A DNA stretch of 64,000 bases from Balanoglossus misakiensis (lineage: Eukaryota; Animalia; Hemichordata), in the NCBI GenBank assembly GCA_040954595.2, contig CM082577.2, positions 20,372,303 through 20,436,302 of the forward strand, written 5' to 3'. The notes under the pieces are model-generated. The model worked only from the letters and a program-made list of their open reading frames with translations, was not told the DNA's origin and searched no databases. How positions within the stretch are numbered: position 1 is the stretch's first letter; the number at the start of each line of letters is the position of its first letter. Positions 52,501 to 64,000 of the stretch are shown here, in pieces. The translations under genes and the position numbers were made by a program.

Positions 52501-55500
52501 TGGAAAAAAATGAAGCCTACAGCACGTAGTATTCCCAGGCGGTCTCCCATCCAAGTACTAACTATCCCAACGCAGGTTTGCTTCGTTGATCAGACGAGAA
52601 CCGGCTTATTCTACGTGGTATGGCCGTAGGCGAAAGATGGTTGAATTTCTTCTACTATAAACCTGAATCCTACACCATTGAACACATAGCCCGACTTGGC
52701 TAATTTTGTGGGTAACCGATCGACCTTCCATAGCTTATAAGGCAAGTGGGATAAAAAAATATGGTTTGTTTGTTGTGCAAAAAGTGTTTTTAGAATTCAG
52801 GCACTTTCAGAAAAGGAAGAAACGGACACTTGCGACAAAAATGTTATCCATCAGGCTACTCTTTAATGGAAAAGTTGGGGAAAAAAATGAAGCCTACAGC
52901 ACGTAGTATTCCCAGGCGGTCTCCCATCCAAGTACTAACTACGCCCAACGCAGGTTTGCTTCGGTGATCAGACGAGAACCGGCTTATTCTACGTGGTATG
53001 GCCGTAGGCGAAAGATGGTTGGATTTCTCCTACTATAAACCTGAATCCTACTCCATTGAACACATAGCCCGACTTGGCTAATTTTGTGGGTAACCGATCG
53101 ACCTTCCATAGCTTATAAGGCAAGTGGGATAAAAAAATATGGTTTGTTTTGTTCTGCAAAAAGTGTTTTTAGAATTCAGGCACTTTTAGAAAAGGAAGAA
53201 ACGGACACTTGCGACAAAAATGTTATCCATCAGGCTACTCTTTAATGGAAAAGTTGGAAAAAAAATGAAGCCTACAGCACGTAGTATTCCCAGGCGGTCT
53301 CCCATCCAAGTACTAACTACGCCCAACGCAGGTTTGCTTCGGTGATCAGACGAGAACCGGCTTATTCTACGTGGTATGGCCGTAGGCGAAAGATGGTTGA
53401 ATTTCTCCTACTATAAACCTGAATCCTACACCATTGAACACATAGCCCGACTTGGCTAATTTTTGCGGGTAACCGATCGACCTTCCATAGCTTATAAGGC
53501 AAGTGGGATAAAAAAATATGGTTTGTTTTGTTCTGCAAAAAGTGTTTTTAGAATTCAGGCACTTTCAGAAAAGGAAGAAACGGACACTTGCGACAAAAAT
53601 GTTATCCATCAGGCTACTCTTTAATGGAAAAGTTGGAAAAAAAATGAAGCCTACAGCACGTAGTATTCCCAGGCGGTCTCCCATCCAAGTACTAACTACG
53701 CCCAACGCAGGTTTGCTTCGGTGATCAGACGAGAACCGGCTTATTCTACGTGGTATGGCCGTAGGCGAAAGATGGTTGAATTTCTTCTACTATAAACCTG
53801 AATCCTACACCATTGAACACATAGCCCGACTTGGCTAATTTTTGTGGGTAACCGATCGACCTTCCATTGCTTATAAGGCAAGTGGGATAAAAAAATATTG
53901 TTTGTTTTGTTCTGCAAAAAGTGTTTTTAGAATTCAGGCACTTTCAGAAAAGGAAGAAACGGACACTTGGACAAAAATGTTATCCATCAGGCTACTCTTT
54001 AATGGAAAAGTTGGGAAAAAAATGAAGCCTACAGCACGTAATATTCCCAGGCGGTCTCCCATCCAAGTACTAACTACGCCCAACGCAGGTTTGCTTCGGT
54101 GATCAGACGAGAACCGGCTTATTCTACGTGGTATGGCCGTAGGCGAAAGATGGTTGAATTTCTCCTACTATAAACCTGAATCCTACACCATTGAACACAT
54201 AGCCCGACTTGGCTAATTTTGTGGGTAACCGATCGACCTTCCATAGCTTATAAGGCAAGTGGGATCAAAAAATATGGTTGCTTTGTTCTGCAAAAAGTGG
54301 TTTTAGAATTCAGGCACTTTCAGAAAAGGAAGAAACGTACACTTGCGACAAAAATGTTATCCATCAGGCTACTCTTTAATGGAAAAGTTGGATAAAAAAA
54401 TGAAGCCTACAGCACGTAGTATTCCCAGGCGGTCTCCCATCCAAGTACTAACTACGCCCAACGCAGGTTTGCTTCGGTGATCAGACGAGAACCGGCTTAT
54501 TCTACGTGGTATGGCCGTAGGCGAAAGATGGTTGAATTTCTCCTACTATAAACCTGAATCCTACACCATTGAACACATAGCCCGACTTGGCTAATTTTGT
54601 GGGTAACCGATCGACCTTCCATAGCTTATAAGGCAAGTGGGATCAAAACATATGGTTTGTTTTGTTCTGCAAAAAGTGTTTTTAGAATTCAGGCACTTTC
54701 AGAAAAGGAAGAAACGGACACTTGCGACAAAAATGTTATCCATCAGGCTACTCTTTAATGGAAAAGTTGGAAAATAAAATGAAGCCTACAGCACGTAGTA
54801 TTCCCAGGCGGTCTCCCATCCAAGTACTAACTACGCCCAACGCAGGTTTCCTTCGGTGATCAGACGAGAACCGGCTTATTCTACGTGGTATGGCCGTAGG
54901 CGAAAGATGGTTGAATTTCTCCTACTATAAACCTGAATCCTACACCATTGAACACATAGCCTGACTTGGCTAATTTTGTGGGTAACCGATCGACCTTCCA
55001 TAGCTTATAAGGCAAGTGGGATAAAAAAATATGGTTTGTTTTGTTCTGCAAAAAGTGTTTTTAGAATTCAGGCACTTTCAGAAAAGGAAGAAACGGACAC
55101 TTGCGACAAAAATGCTTCGGTGATCAGACGAGAACCGGCTTATTCTACGTGGTATGGCCGTAGGCGAAAGATGGTTGAATTTCTCCTACTATAAACCTGA
55201 ATCCTACACCATTGAACACATAGCCCGACTTGGCTAATTTTGTGGGTAACCGATCGACCTTCCATAGCTTATAAGGCAAGTGGGATAAAAAAATATGGTT
55301 TGTTTTTTTCTGCAAAAAGTGTTTTTAGAATTCAGGCACTTTCAGAAAAGGAAGAAACGGACACTTGCGACAAAAATGTTATCCATCAGGCTACTCTTTA
55401 ATGGAAAAGTTGGAAAATAAAATGAAGCCTACAGCACGTAGTATTCCCAGGCGGTCTCCCATCCAAGTACTAACTACGCCCAACGCAGGTTTGCTTCGGT

Positions 55501-58500
55501 GATCAGACGAGAACCGGCTTATTCTACGTGGTATGGCCGTAGGCGAAAGATGGTTGAATTTCTCCTACTATAAACCTGAATCCTACACCATTGAACACAT
55601 AGCCCGACTTGGCTAATTTTGTGGGTAACCGATCGACCTTCCATAGCTTATAAGGCAAGTGGGATAAAAAAATATGGTTTGTTTTGTTCTGCAAAAAGTG
55701 TTTTTAGAATTCAGGCACTTTCAGAAAAGGAAGAAACGGACACTTGGACAAAAATGTTATCCATCAGGCTACTCTTTAATGGAAAAGTTGGGAAAAAAAT
55801 GAAGCCTACAGCACGTAATATTCCCAGGCGGTCTCCCATCCAAGTACTAACTACACCCAACGCAGGTTTGCTTCGGTGATCAGACGAGAACCGGCTTATT
55901 CTACGTGGTATGGCCGTAGGCGAAAGATGGTTGAATTTCTCCTACTATAAACCTGAATCCTACACCATTGAACACATAGCCCGACTTGGCTAATTTTGTG
56001 GGTAACCGATCGACCTTCCATAGCTTATAAGGCAAGTGGGATCAAAAAATATGGTTGCTTTGTTCTGCAAAAAGTGGTTTTAGAATTCAGGCACTTTCAG
56101 AAAAGGAAGAAACGTACACTTGCGACAAAATTGTTATCCATCAGGCTACTCTTTAATGGAAAAGTTGGATAAAAAAATGAAGCCTACAGCACGTAGTATT
56201 CCCAGGCGGTCTCCCATCCAAGTACTAACTACGCCCAACGCAGGTTTGCTTCGGTGATCAGACGAGAACCGGCTTATTCTACGTGGTATGGCCGTAGGCG
56301 AAAGATGGTTGAATTTCTCCTACTATAAACCTGAATCCTACACCATTGAACACATAGCCCGACTTGGCTAATTTTGTGGGTAACCGATCGACCTTCCATA
56401 GCTTATAAGGCAAGTGGGATCAAAACATATGGTTTGTTTTGTTCTGCAAAAAGTGTTTTTAGAATTCAGGCACTTTCAGAAAAGGAAGAAACGGACACTT
56501 GCGACAAAAATGTTATCCATCAGGCTACTCTTTAATGGAAAAGTTGGAAAATAAAATGAAGCCTACAGCACGTAGTATTCCCAGGCGGTCTCCCATCCAA
56601 GTACTAACTACGCCCAACGCAGGTTTCCTTCGGTGATCAGACGAGAACCGGCTTATTCTACGTGGTATGGCCGTAGGCGAAAGATGGTTGAATTTCTCCT
56701 ACTATAAACCTGAATCCTACACCATTGAACACATAGCCTGACTTGGCTAATTTTGTGGGTAACCGATCGACCTTCCATAGCTTATAAGGCAAGTGGGATA
56801 AAAAAATATGGTTTGTTTTGTTCTGCAAAAAGTGTTTTTAGAATTCAGGCACTTTCAGAAAAGGAAGAAACGGACACTTGCGACAAAAATGCTTCGGTGA
56901 TCAGACGAGAACCGGCTTATTCTACGTGGTATGGCCGTAGGCGAAAGATGGTTGAATTTCTCCTACTATAAACCTGAATCCTACACCATTGAACACATAG
57001 CCCGACTTGGCTAATTTTGTGGGTAACCGATCGACCTTCCATAGCTTATAAGGCAAGTGGGATCAAAACATATGGTTTGTTTTGTTCTGCAAAAAGTGTT
57101 TTTAGAATTCAGGCACTTTCAGAAAAGGAAGAAACGGACACTTGCGACAAAATGTTATCCATCAGGCTACTCTTTAATGGAAAAGTTGGAAAATAAAATG
57201 AAGCCTACAGCACGTAGTATTCCCAGGCGGTCTCCCATCCAAGTACTAACTACGCCCAACGCAGGTTTGCTTCGGTGATCAGACGAGAACCGGCTTATTC
57301 TACGTGGTATGGCCGTAGGCGAAAGATGGTTGAATTTCTCCTACTATAAACCTGAATCCTACACCATTGAACACATAGCCCGACTTGGCTAATTTTGTGG
57401 TTAACCGATCGACCTTCCATAGCTTATAAGGCAAGTGGGATAAAAAAAATATGGTTTGTTTTGTTCTGCAAAAAGTGTTTTTAGAATTCAGGCACTTTCA
57501 GAAAAGGAAGAAACGGACACTTGCGACAAAAATGTTATCCATCAGGCTACTCTTTAATGGAAAAGTTGGATAAAAAAATGAAGCCTACAGCACGTAGTAT
57601 TCCCAGGCGGTCTCCCATCCAAGTACTAACTACGCCCAACGCAGGTTTGCTTCGGTGATCAGACGAGAACCGGCTTATTCTACGTGATATGGCCATAGGC
57701 GAAAGATGGTTGAATTTCTCCTACTATAAACCTGAATCCTCGACATTGAACACATAGCCCGACTTGGCTAATTTTGTGGGTAACCGATCGACCTTACATA
57801 GCTTATAAGGCAAGTGGGATAAAAAAATATGGTTTGTTTGTTCTGCAAAAAGTGTTTTTAGAATTCAGGCACTTTCAGAAAAGGAAGAAACGGACACTTG
57901 CGACAAAAATGTTATCCATCAGGCTACTCTTTAATGGAAAAGTTGGGGAAAAAAATGAAGCCTACAGCACGTAGTATTCCCAGGCGGTCTCCCATCCAAG
58001 TACTAACTACGCCCAACGCAGGTTTGCTTCGGTGATCAGACGAGAACCGGCTTATTCTACGTGGTATGGCCGTAGGCGAAAGATGGTTGAATTTCTCCTA
58101 CTATAAACCTGAATCTTACACCATTGAACACATAGCCCGACTTGGCTAATTTTGTGGGTAACCGATCGACCTTCCATAGCTTATAAGGCAAGTGGGATCA
58201 AAACATATGGTTTGTTTTGTTCTGCAAAAAGTGTTTTTAGAATTCAGGCACTTTCAGAAAAGGAAGAAACGTACACTTGCGACAAAAATGTCATCCATCA
58301 GGCTACTCTTTAATGGAAAAGTTGGATATAAAAATGAAGCCTACAGCACGTAGTATTCCCAGGCGGTCTCCCATCCAAGTACTAACTACGCCCAACGCAG
58401 TTTGCTTCGGTGATCAGACGAGAACCGGCTTATTCTACGTGGTATGGCCGTAGGCGAAAGATGGTTGACTTTCTCCTACTATAAACCTGAATCCTACAAC

Positions 58501-59609
58501 ATTGAACACATAGCCCGACTTGGCTAATTTTGTGGTTAACCGATCGACCTTCCATAGCTTATAAGGCAAGTGGGATAAAAAAAATATGGTTTGTTTTGTT
58601 CTGCAAAAAGTGTTTTTAGAATTCAGGCACTTTCAGAAAAGGAAGAAACGGACACTTGCGACAAAAATGTTATCCATCAGGCTACTCTTTAATGGAAAAG
58701 TTGGATAAAAAAATGAAGCCTACAGCACGTAGTATTCCCAGGCGGTCTCCCATCCAAGTACTAACTACGCCCAACGCAGGTTTGCTTCGGTGATCAGACG
58801 AGAACCGGCTTATTCTACGTGATATGGCCATAGGCGAAAGATGGTTGAATTTCTCCTACTATAAACCTGAATCCTCGACATTGAACACATAGCCCGACTT
58901 GGCTAATTTTGTGGGTAACCGATCGACCTTACATAGCTTATAAGGCAAGTGGGATCAAAAAATATGGTTGCTTTGTTCTGCAAAAAGTGATTTTAGAATT
59001 CAGGCACTTTCAGAAAAGGAAGAAACGTACACTTGCGACAAAAATGTTATCCATCAGGCTACTCTTTAATGGAAAAGTTGGATAAAAAAATGAAGCCTAC
59101 AGCACGTAGTATTCCCAGGCGGTCTCCCATCCAAGTACTAACTACGCCCAACGCAGGTTTGCTTCGGTGATCAGACGAGAACCGGCTTATTCTACGTGGT
59201 ATGGCCGTAGGCAAAAGATGGTTGAATTTCTCCTACTATAAACCTGAATCCTACACCATTGAACACATAGCCCGACTTGGCTAATTTTGTGGGTAACCGA
59301 TCGACCTTCCATAGCTTATAAGGCAAGTGGGATCAAAACATATGGTTTGTTTTGTTCTGCAAAAAGTGTTTTTAGAATTCAGGCACTTTCAGAAAAGGAA
59401 GAAACGGACACTTGCGACAAAATGTTATCCATCAGGGTACTCTTTAATGGAAAAGTTGGAAAATAAAATGAAGCCTACAGCACGTAGTATTCCCAGGCGG
59501 TCTCCCATCCAAGTACTAACTACGCCCAACGCAGGTTTGCTTCGGTGATCAGACGAGAACCGGCTTATTCTACGTGGTATGGCCTTAGGCGAAAGATGGT
59601 TGAATTTTT

Positions 59610-59762
59610 CCTACTATAAACCTGAATCCTACACCATTGAACACATAGCCCGACTTGGCTAATTTTGTGGGTAACCGATCGACCTTCCATAGCTTATAAG
59701 GCAAGTGGGATAAAAAAAATATGGTTTGTTTTGTTCTGCAAAAAGTGTTTTTAGAATTCAGG
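59610..59762. repeat. 153-bp spacer-only unit with no 5S gene (class D, single copy)
   Basis: Junction agaattcagg|cctactataaacc at 59762/59763 jumps back to the spacer start. Confidence 0.85.
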
Positions 59763-62700
59763 CCTACTATAAACCTGAATCCTACACCATTGAACACATA
59801 GCCCGACTTGGCTAATTTTGTGGGTAACCGATCGACCTTCCATAGCTTATAAGGCAAGTGGGATCAAAACATATGGTTTGTTTTGTTCTGCAAAAAGTGT
59901 TTTTAGAATTCAGGCACTTTCAGAAAAGGAAGAAACGGACACTTGCGACAAAAATGTTATCCATCAGGCTACTCTTTAATGGAAAAGTTGGAAAATAAAA
60001 TGAAGCCTACAGCACGTAGTATTCCCAGGCGGTCTCCCATCCAAGTACTAACTACGCCCAACGCAGGTTTGCTTCGGTGATCAGACGAGAACCGGCTTAT
60101 TCTACGTGGTATGGCCGTAGGCGAAAGATGGTTGAATTTCTCCTACTATAAACCTGAATCCTACACCATTGAACACATAGCCCGACTTGGCTAATTTTAT
60201 GGGTAACCGATCGACCTTCCATAGCTTATAAGGCAAGTGGGATAAAAAAATATGGTTTGTTTTGTTCTGCAAAAAGTGTTTTTAGAATTCAGGCACTTTC
60301 AGAAAAGGAAGAAACGGACACTTGGACAAAAATGTTATCCATCAGGCTACTCTTTAATGGAAAAGTTGGGAAAAAAATGAAGCCTACAGCACGTAATATT
60401 CCCAGGCGGTCTCTCTTCCAAGTACTAACTACGCCCAACGCAGGTTTGCTTCGGTGATCAGACGAGAACCGGCTTATTCTACGTGGTATGGCCGTAGGCG
60501 AAAGATGGTTGAATTTCTCCTACTATAAACCTGAATCCTACACCATTGAACACATAGCCCGACTTGGCTAATTTTATGGGTAACCGATCGACCTTCCATA
60601 GCTTATAAGGCAAGTGGGATAAAAAATATGGTTTGTTTTGTTCTGCAAAAAGTGTTTTTAGAATTCAGGCACTTTCAGAAAAGGAAGAAACGGACACTTG
60701 CGTCAAAAATGCTTCGGTGATCAGACGAGAACCGGCTTATTCTACGTGGTATGGCCGTAGGCGAAAGATGGTTGACTTTCTCCTACTATAAACCTGAATC
60801 CTACAACATTGAACACATAGCCCGACTTGGCTAATTTTGTGGGTAACCGATCGACCTTCCATAGCTTATAAGGCAAGTGGGATCAAAACATATGGTTTGT
60901 TTTGTTCTGCAAAAAGTGTTTTTAGAATTCAGGCACTTTCAGAAAAGGAAGAAACGGACACTTGGACAAAAATGTTATCCATCAGGCTACTCTTTAATGG
61001 AAAAGTTGGGAAAAAAATGAAGCCACGTAATATTCCCAGGCGGTCTCCCATCCAAGTACTAACTACGCCCAACGCAGGTTTGCTTCGGTGATCAGACGAG
61101 AACCGGCTTATTCTACGTGGTATGGCCGTAGGCGAAAGATGGTTGAATTTCTCCTACTATAAACCTGAATCCTACAACATTGAACACATAGCCCGACTTG
61201 GCTAATTTTGTGGGTAACCGATCGACCTTCCATAGCTTATAAGGCAAGTGGGATCAAAACATATGGTTTGTTTTGTTCTGCAAAAAGTGTTTTTAGAATT
61301 CAGGCACTTTCAGAAAAGGAAGAAACGGACACTTGCGACAAAAATGTTATCCATCAGGCTACTCTTTAATGGAAAAGTTGGAAAATAAAATGAAGCCTAC
61401 AGCACGTAGTATTCCCAGGCGGTCTCCCATCCAAGTACTAACTACGCCCAACGCAGGTTTGCTTCGGTGATCAGACGAGAACCGGCTTATTCTACGTGGT
61501 ATGGCCGTAGGCGAAAGATGGTTGAATTTCTCCTACTATAAACCGGAATCCTACACCATTGAACACATAGCCCGACTTGGCTAATTTTGTGGGTAACCGA
61601 TCGACCTTCCATAGCTTATAAGGCAAGTGGGATAAAAAAATATGGTTTGTTTTTTTCTGCAAAAAGTGTTTTTAGAATTCAGGCACTTTCAGAAAAGGAA
61701 GAAACGGACACTTGGACAAAAATGTTATCCATCAGGCTACTCTTTAATGGAAAAGTTGGGAAAAAATGAAGCCTACAGCACGTAATATTCCCAGGCGGTC
61801 TCCCATCCAAGTACTAACTACGCCCAACGCAGGTTTGCTTCGGTGATCAGACGAGAACCGGCTTATTCTACGTGGTATGGCCGTAGGCGAAAGATGGTTG
61901 AATTTCTCCTACTATAAACCTGAATCCTACACCATTGAACACATAGCCCGACTTGGCTAATTTTGTGGGTAACCGATCGACCTTCCATAGCTTATAAGGC
62001 AAGTGGGATAAAAAAATATGGTTTGTTTTTTTCTGCAAAAAGTGTTTTTAGAATTCAGGCACTTTCAGAAAAGGAAGAAACGGACACTTGGACAAAAATG
62101 TTATCCATCAGGCTACTCTTTAATGGAAAAGTTGGGAAAAAATGAAGCCTACAGCACGTAATATTCCCAGGCGGTCTCCCATCCAAGTACTAACTACGCC
62201 CAACGCAGGTTTGCTTCGGTGATCAGACGAGAACCGGCTTATTCTACGTGGTATGGCCGTAGGCGAAAGATGGTTGAATTTCTCCTACTATAAACCTGAA
62301 TCCTACACCATTAAACACATAGCCCGACTTGGCTAATTTTGTGGGTAACCGATCGACCTTCCATAGCTTATAAGGCAAGTGGGATAAAAAAATATGGTTG
62401 CTTTGTTCTGCAAAAAGTGGTTTTAGAATTCAGGCACTTTCAGAAAAGGAAGAAACGTACACTTGCGACAAAAATGTTATCCATCAGGCTACTCTTTAAT
62501 GGAAAAGTTGGATAAAAAAATGAAGCCTACAGCACGTAGTATTCCCAGGCGGTCTCCCATCCAAGTACTAACTACGCCCAACGCAGGTTTGCTTCGGTGA
62601 TCAGACGAGAACCGGCTTATTCTACGTGATATGGCCGTAGGCGAAAGATGGTTGAATTTCTCCTACTATAAACCTGAATCCTACACCATTGAACACATAG

Positions 62701-64000
62701 CCCGACTTGGCTAATTTTGTGGGTAACCGATCGACCTTCCATAGCTTATAAGGCAAGTGGGATCAAAAAATATGGTTGCTTTGTTCTGCAAAAAGTGGTT
62801 TTAGAATTCAGGCACTTTCAGAAAAGGAAGAAACGTACACTTGCGACAAAAATGTTATCCATCAGGCTACTCTTTAATGGAAAAGTTGGATAAAAAAATG
62901 AAGCCTACAGCACGTAGTATTCCCAGGCGGTCTCCCATCCAAGTACTAACTACGCCCAACGCAGGTTTGCTTCGGTGATCAGACGAGAACCGGCTTATTC
63001 TACGTGATATGGCCGAAGGCGAAAGATGGTTGAATTTCTCCTACTATAAACCTGAATCCTACACCATTGAACACATAGCCCGACTTGGCTAATTTTGTGG
63101 GTAACCGATCGACCTTCCATAGCTTATAAGGCAAGTGGGATCAAAAAATATGGTTGCTTTGTTCTGCAAAAAGTGGTTTTAGAATTCAGGCACTTTCAGA
63201 AAAGGAAGAAACGTACACTTGCAACAAAAATGTTATCCATCAGGCTACTCTTTAATGGAAAAGTTGGATAAAAAAATGAAGCCTACAGCACGTAGTATTC
63301 CCAGGCGGTCTCCCATCCAAGTACTAACTACGCCCAACGCAGGTTTGCTTCGGTGATCAGACGAGAACCGGCTTATTCTACGTGGTATGGCCGTAGGCGA
63401 AAGATGGTTGAATTTCTCCTACTATAAACCTGAATCCTACACCATTAAACACATAGCCCGACTTGGCTAATTTTGTGGGTAACCGATCGACCTTCCATAG
63501 CTTATAAGGCAAGTGGGATCAAAACATATGGTTTGTTTTGTTCTGCAAAAAGTGTTTTTAGAATTCAGGCACTTTCAGAAAAGGAAGAAACGGACACTTG
63601 GACAAAAATGTTATCCATCAGGCTACTCTTTAATGGAAAAGTTGGAAAATAAAATGAAGCCTACAGCACGTAGTATTCCCAGGCGGTCTCCCATCCAAGT
63701 ACTAACTACGCCCAACGCAGGTTTGCTTCGGTGATCAGACGAGAACCGGCTTATTCTACGTGGTATGGCCGTAGGCGAAAGATGGTTGAATTTCTCCTAC
63801 TATAAACCTGAATCCTACACCATTGAACACATAGCCCGACTTGGCTAATTTTGTGGGTAACCGATCGACCTTGCATAGCTTATAAGGCAAGTGGGATAAA
63901 AAAATATGGTTTGTTTTTTTCTGCAAAAAGTGTTTTTAGAATTCAGGCACTTTCAGAAAAGGAAGAAACGGACACTTGGACAAAAATGTTATCCATCAGG

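Larger units (their letters stand above)
31059..64000 (-). repeat. 5S rDNA tandem array, right arm (~93 units including 17 structurally deleted units)
   Basis: Same ~378-bp unit in the same orientation up to the window end. Unit count is estimated from length. Confidence 0.97.

Noticed and set aside
59585-59857. 90-aa minus-strand ORF with an internal repeat
   Set aside because: It is a by-product of the 153-bp spacer-only duplication.
2715-63734. Dozens of 60-110 aa + strand ORFs (MWVTDR..., MVCFVLQK...)
   Set aside because: They are antisense to 5S and run through spacer, many use TTG/GTG starts, and their frames change with homopolymer length. They are repeat artefacts.
1-64000. CRISPR array or prokaryotic RT system (retron, DGR, group II intron)
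   Set aside because: The repeat units have no unique spacers and there are no cas genes. The RT is fused to an APE domain and has a poly(A) tail and TSD, which defines a eukaryotic LINE.

Overview
Eukaryotic (most likely animal) DNA. The window is a tandem 5S rDNA array of roughly 160 units (estimated from length), each ~378 bp: a 120-nt 5S rRNA gene on the minus strand plus a ~258-bp spacer. One 5S gene is interrupted by an apparently full-length 5.67-kb non-LTR retrotransposon of the L1/Tx1 group (25393-31058, minus strand, same orientation as the 5S genes). The element has a gag-like ORF1 with 3 CCHC knuckles, an APE endonuclease-RT-CCHC ORF2, a 3' AATAAA plus poly(A), and a 17-19 bp target-site duplication of 5S nt 25/27-43. 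This resembles the 5S-targeting Mutsu-type Tx1 elements described from fish. This copy looks inactivated: an in-frame TGA in ORF1 and a frameshift with probable deletion in ORF2. The array carries at least four classes of deleted units, three of them amplified, plus higher-order repeats and a distinct central sub-array (31-53.8 kb). One deletion class breaks at the element's predicted nick site. The many short + strand ORFs are artefacts of the repeat.
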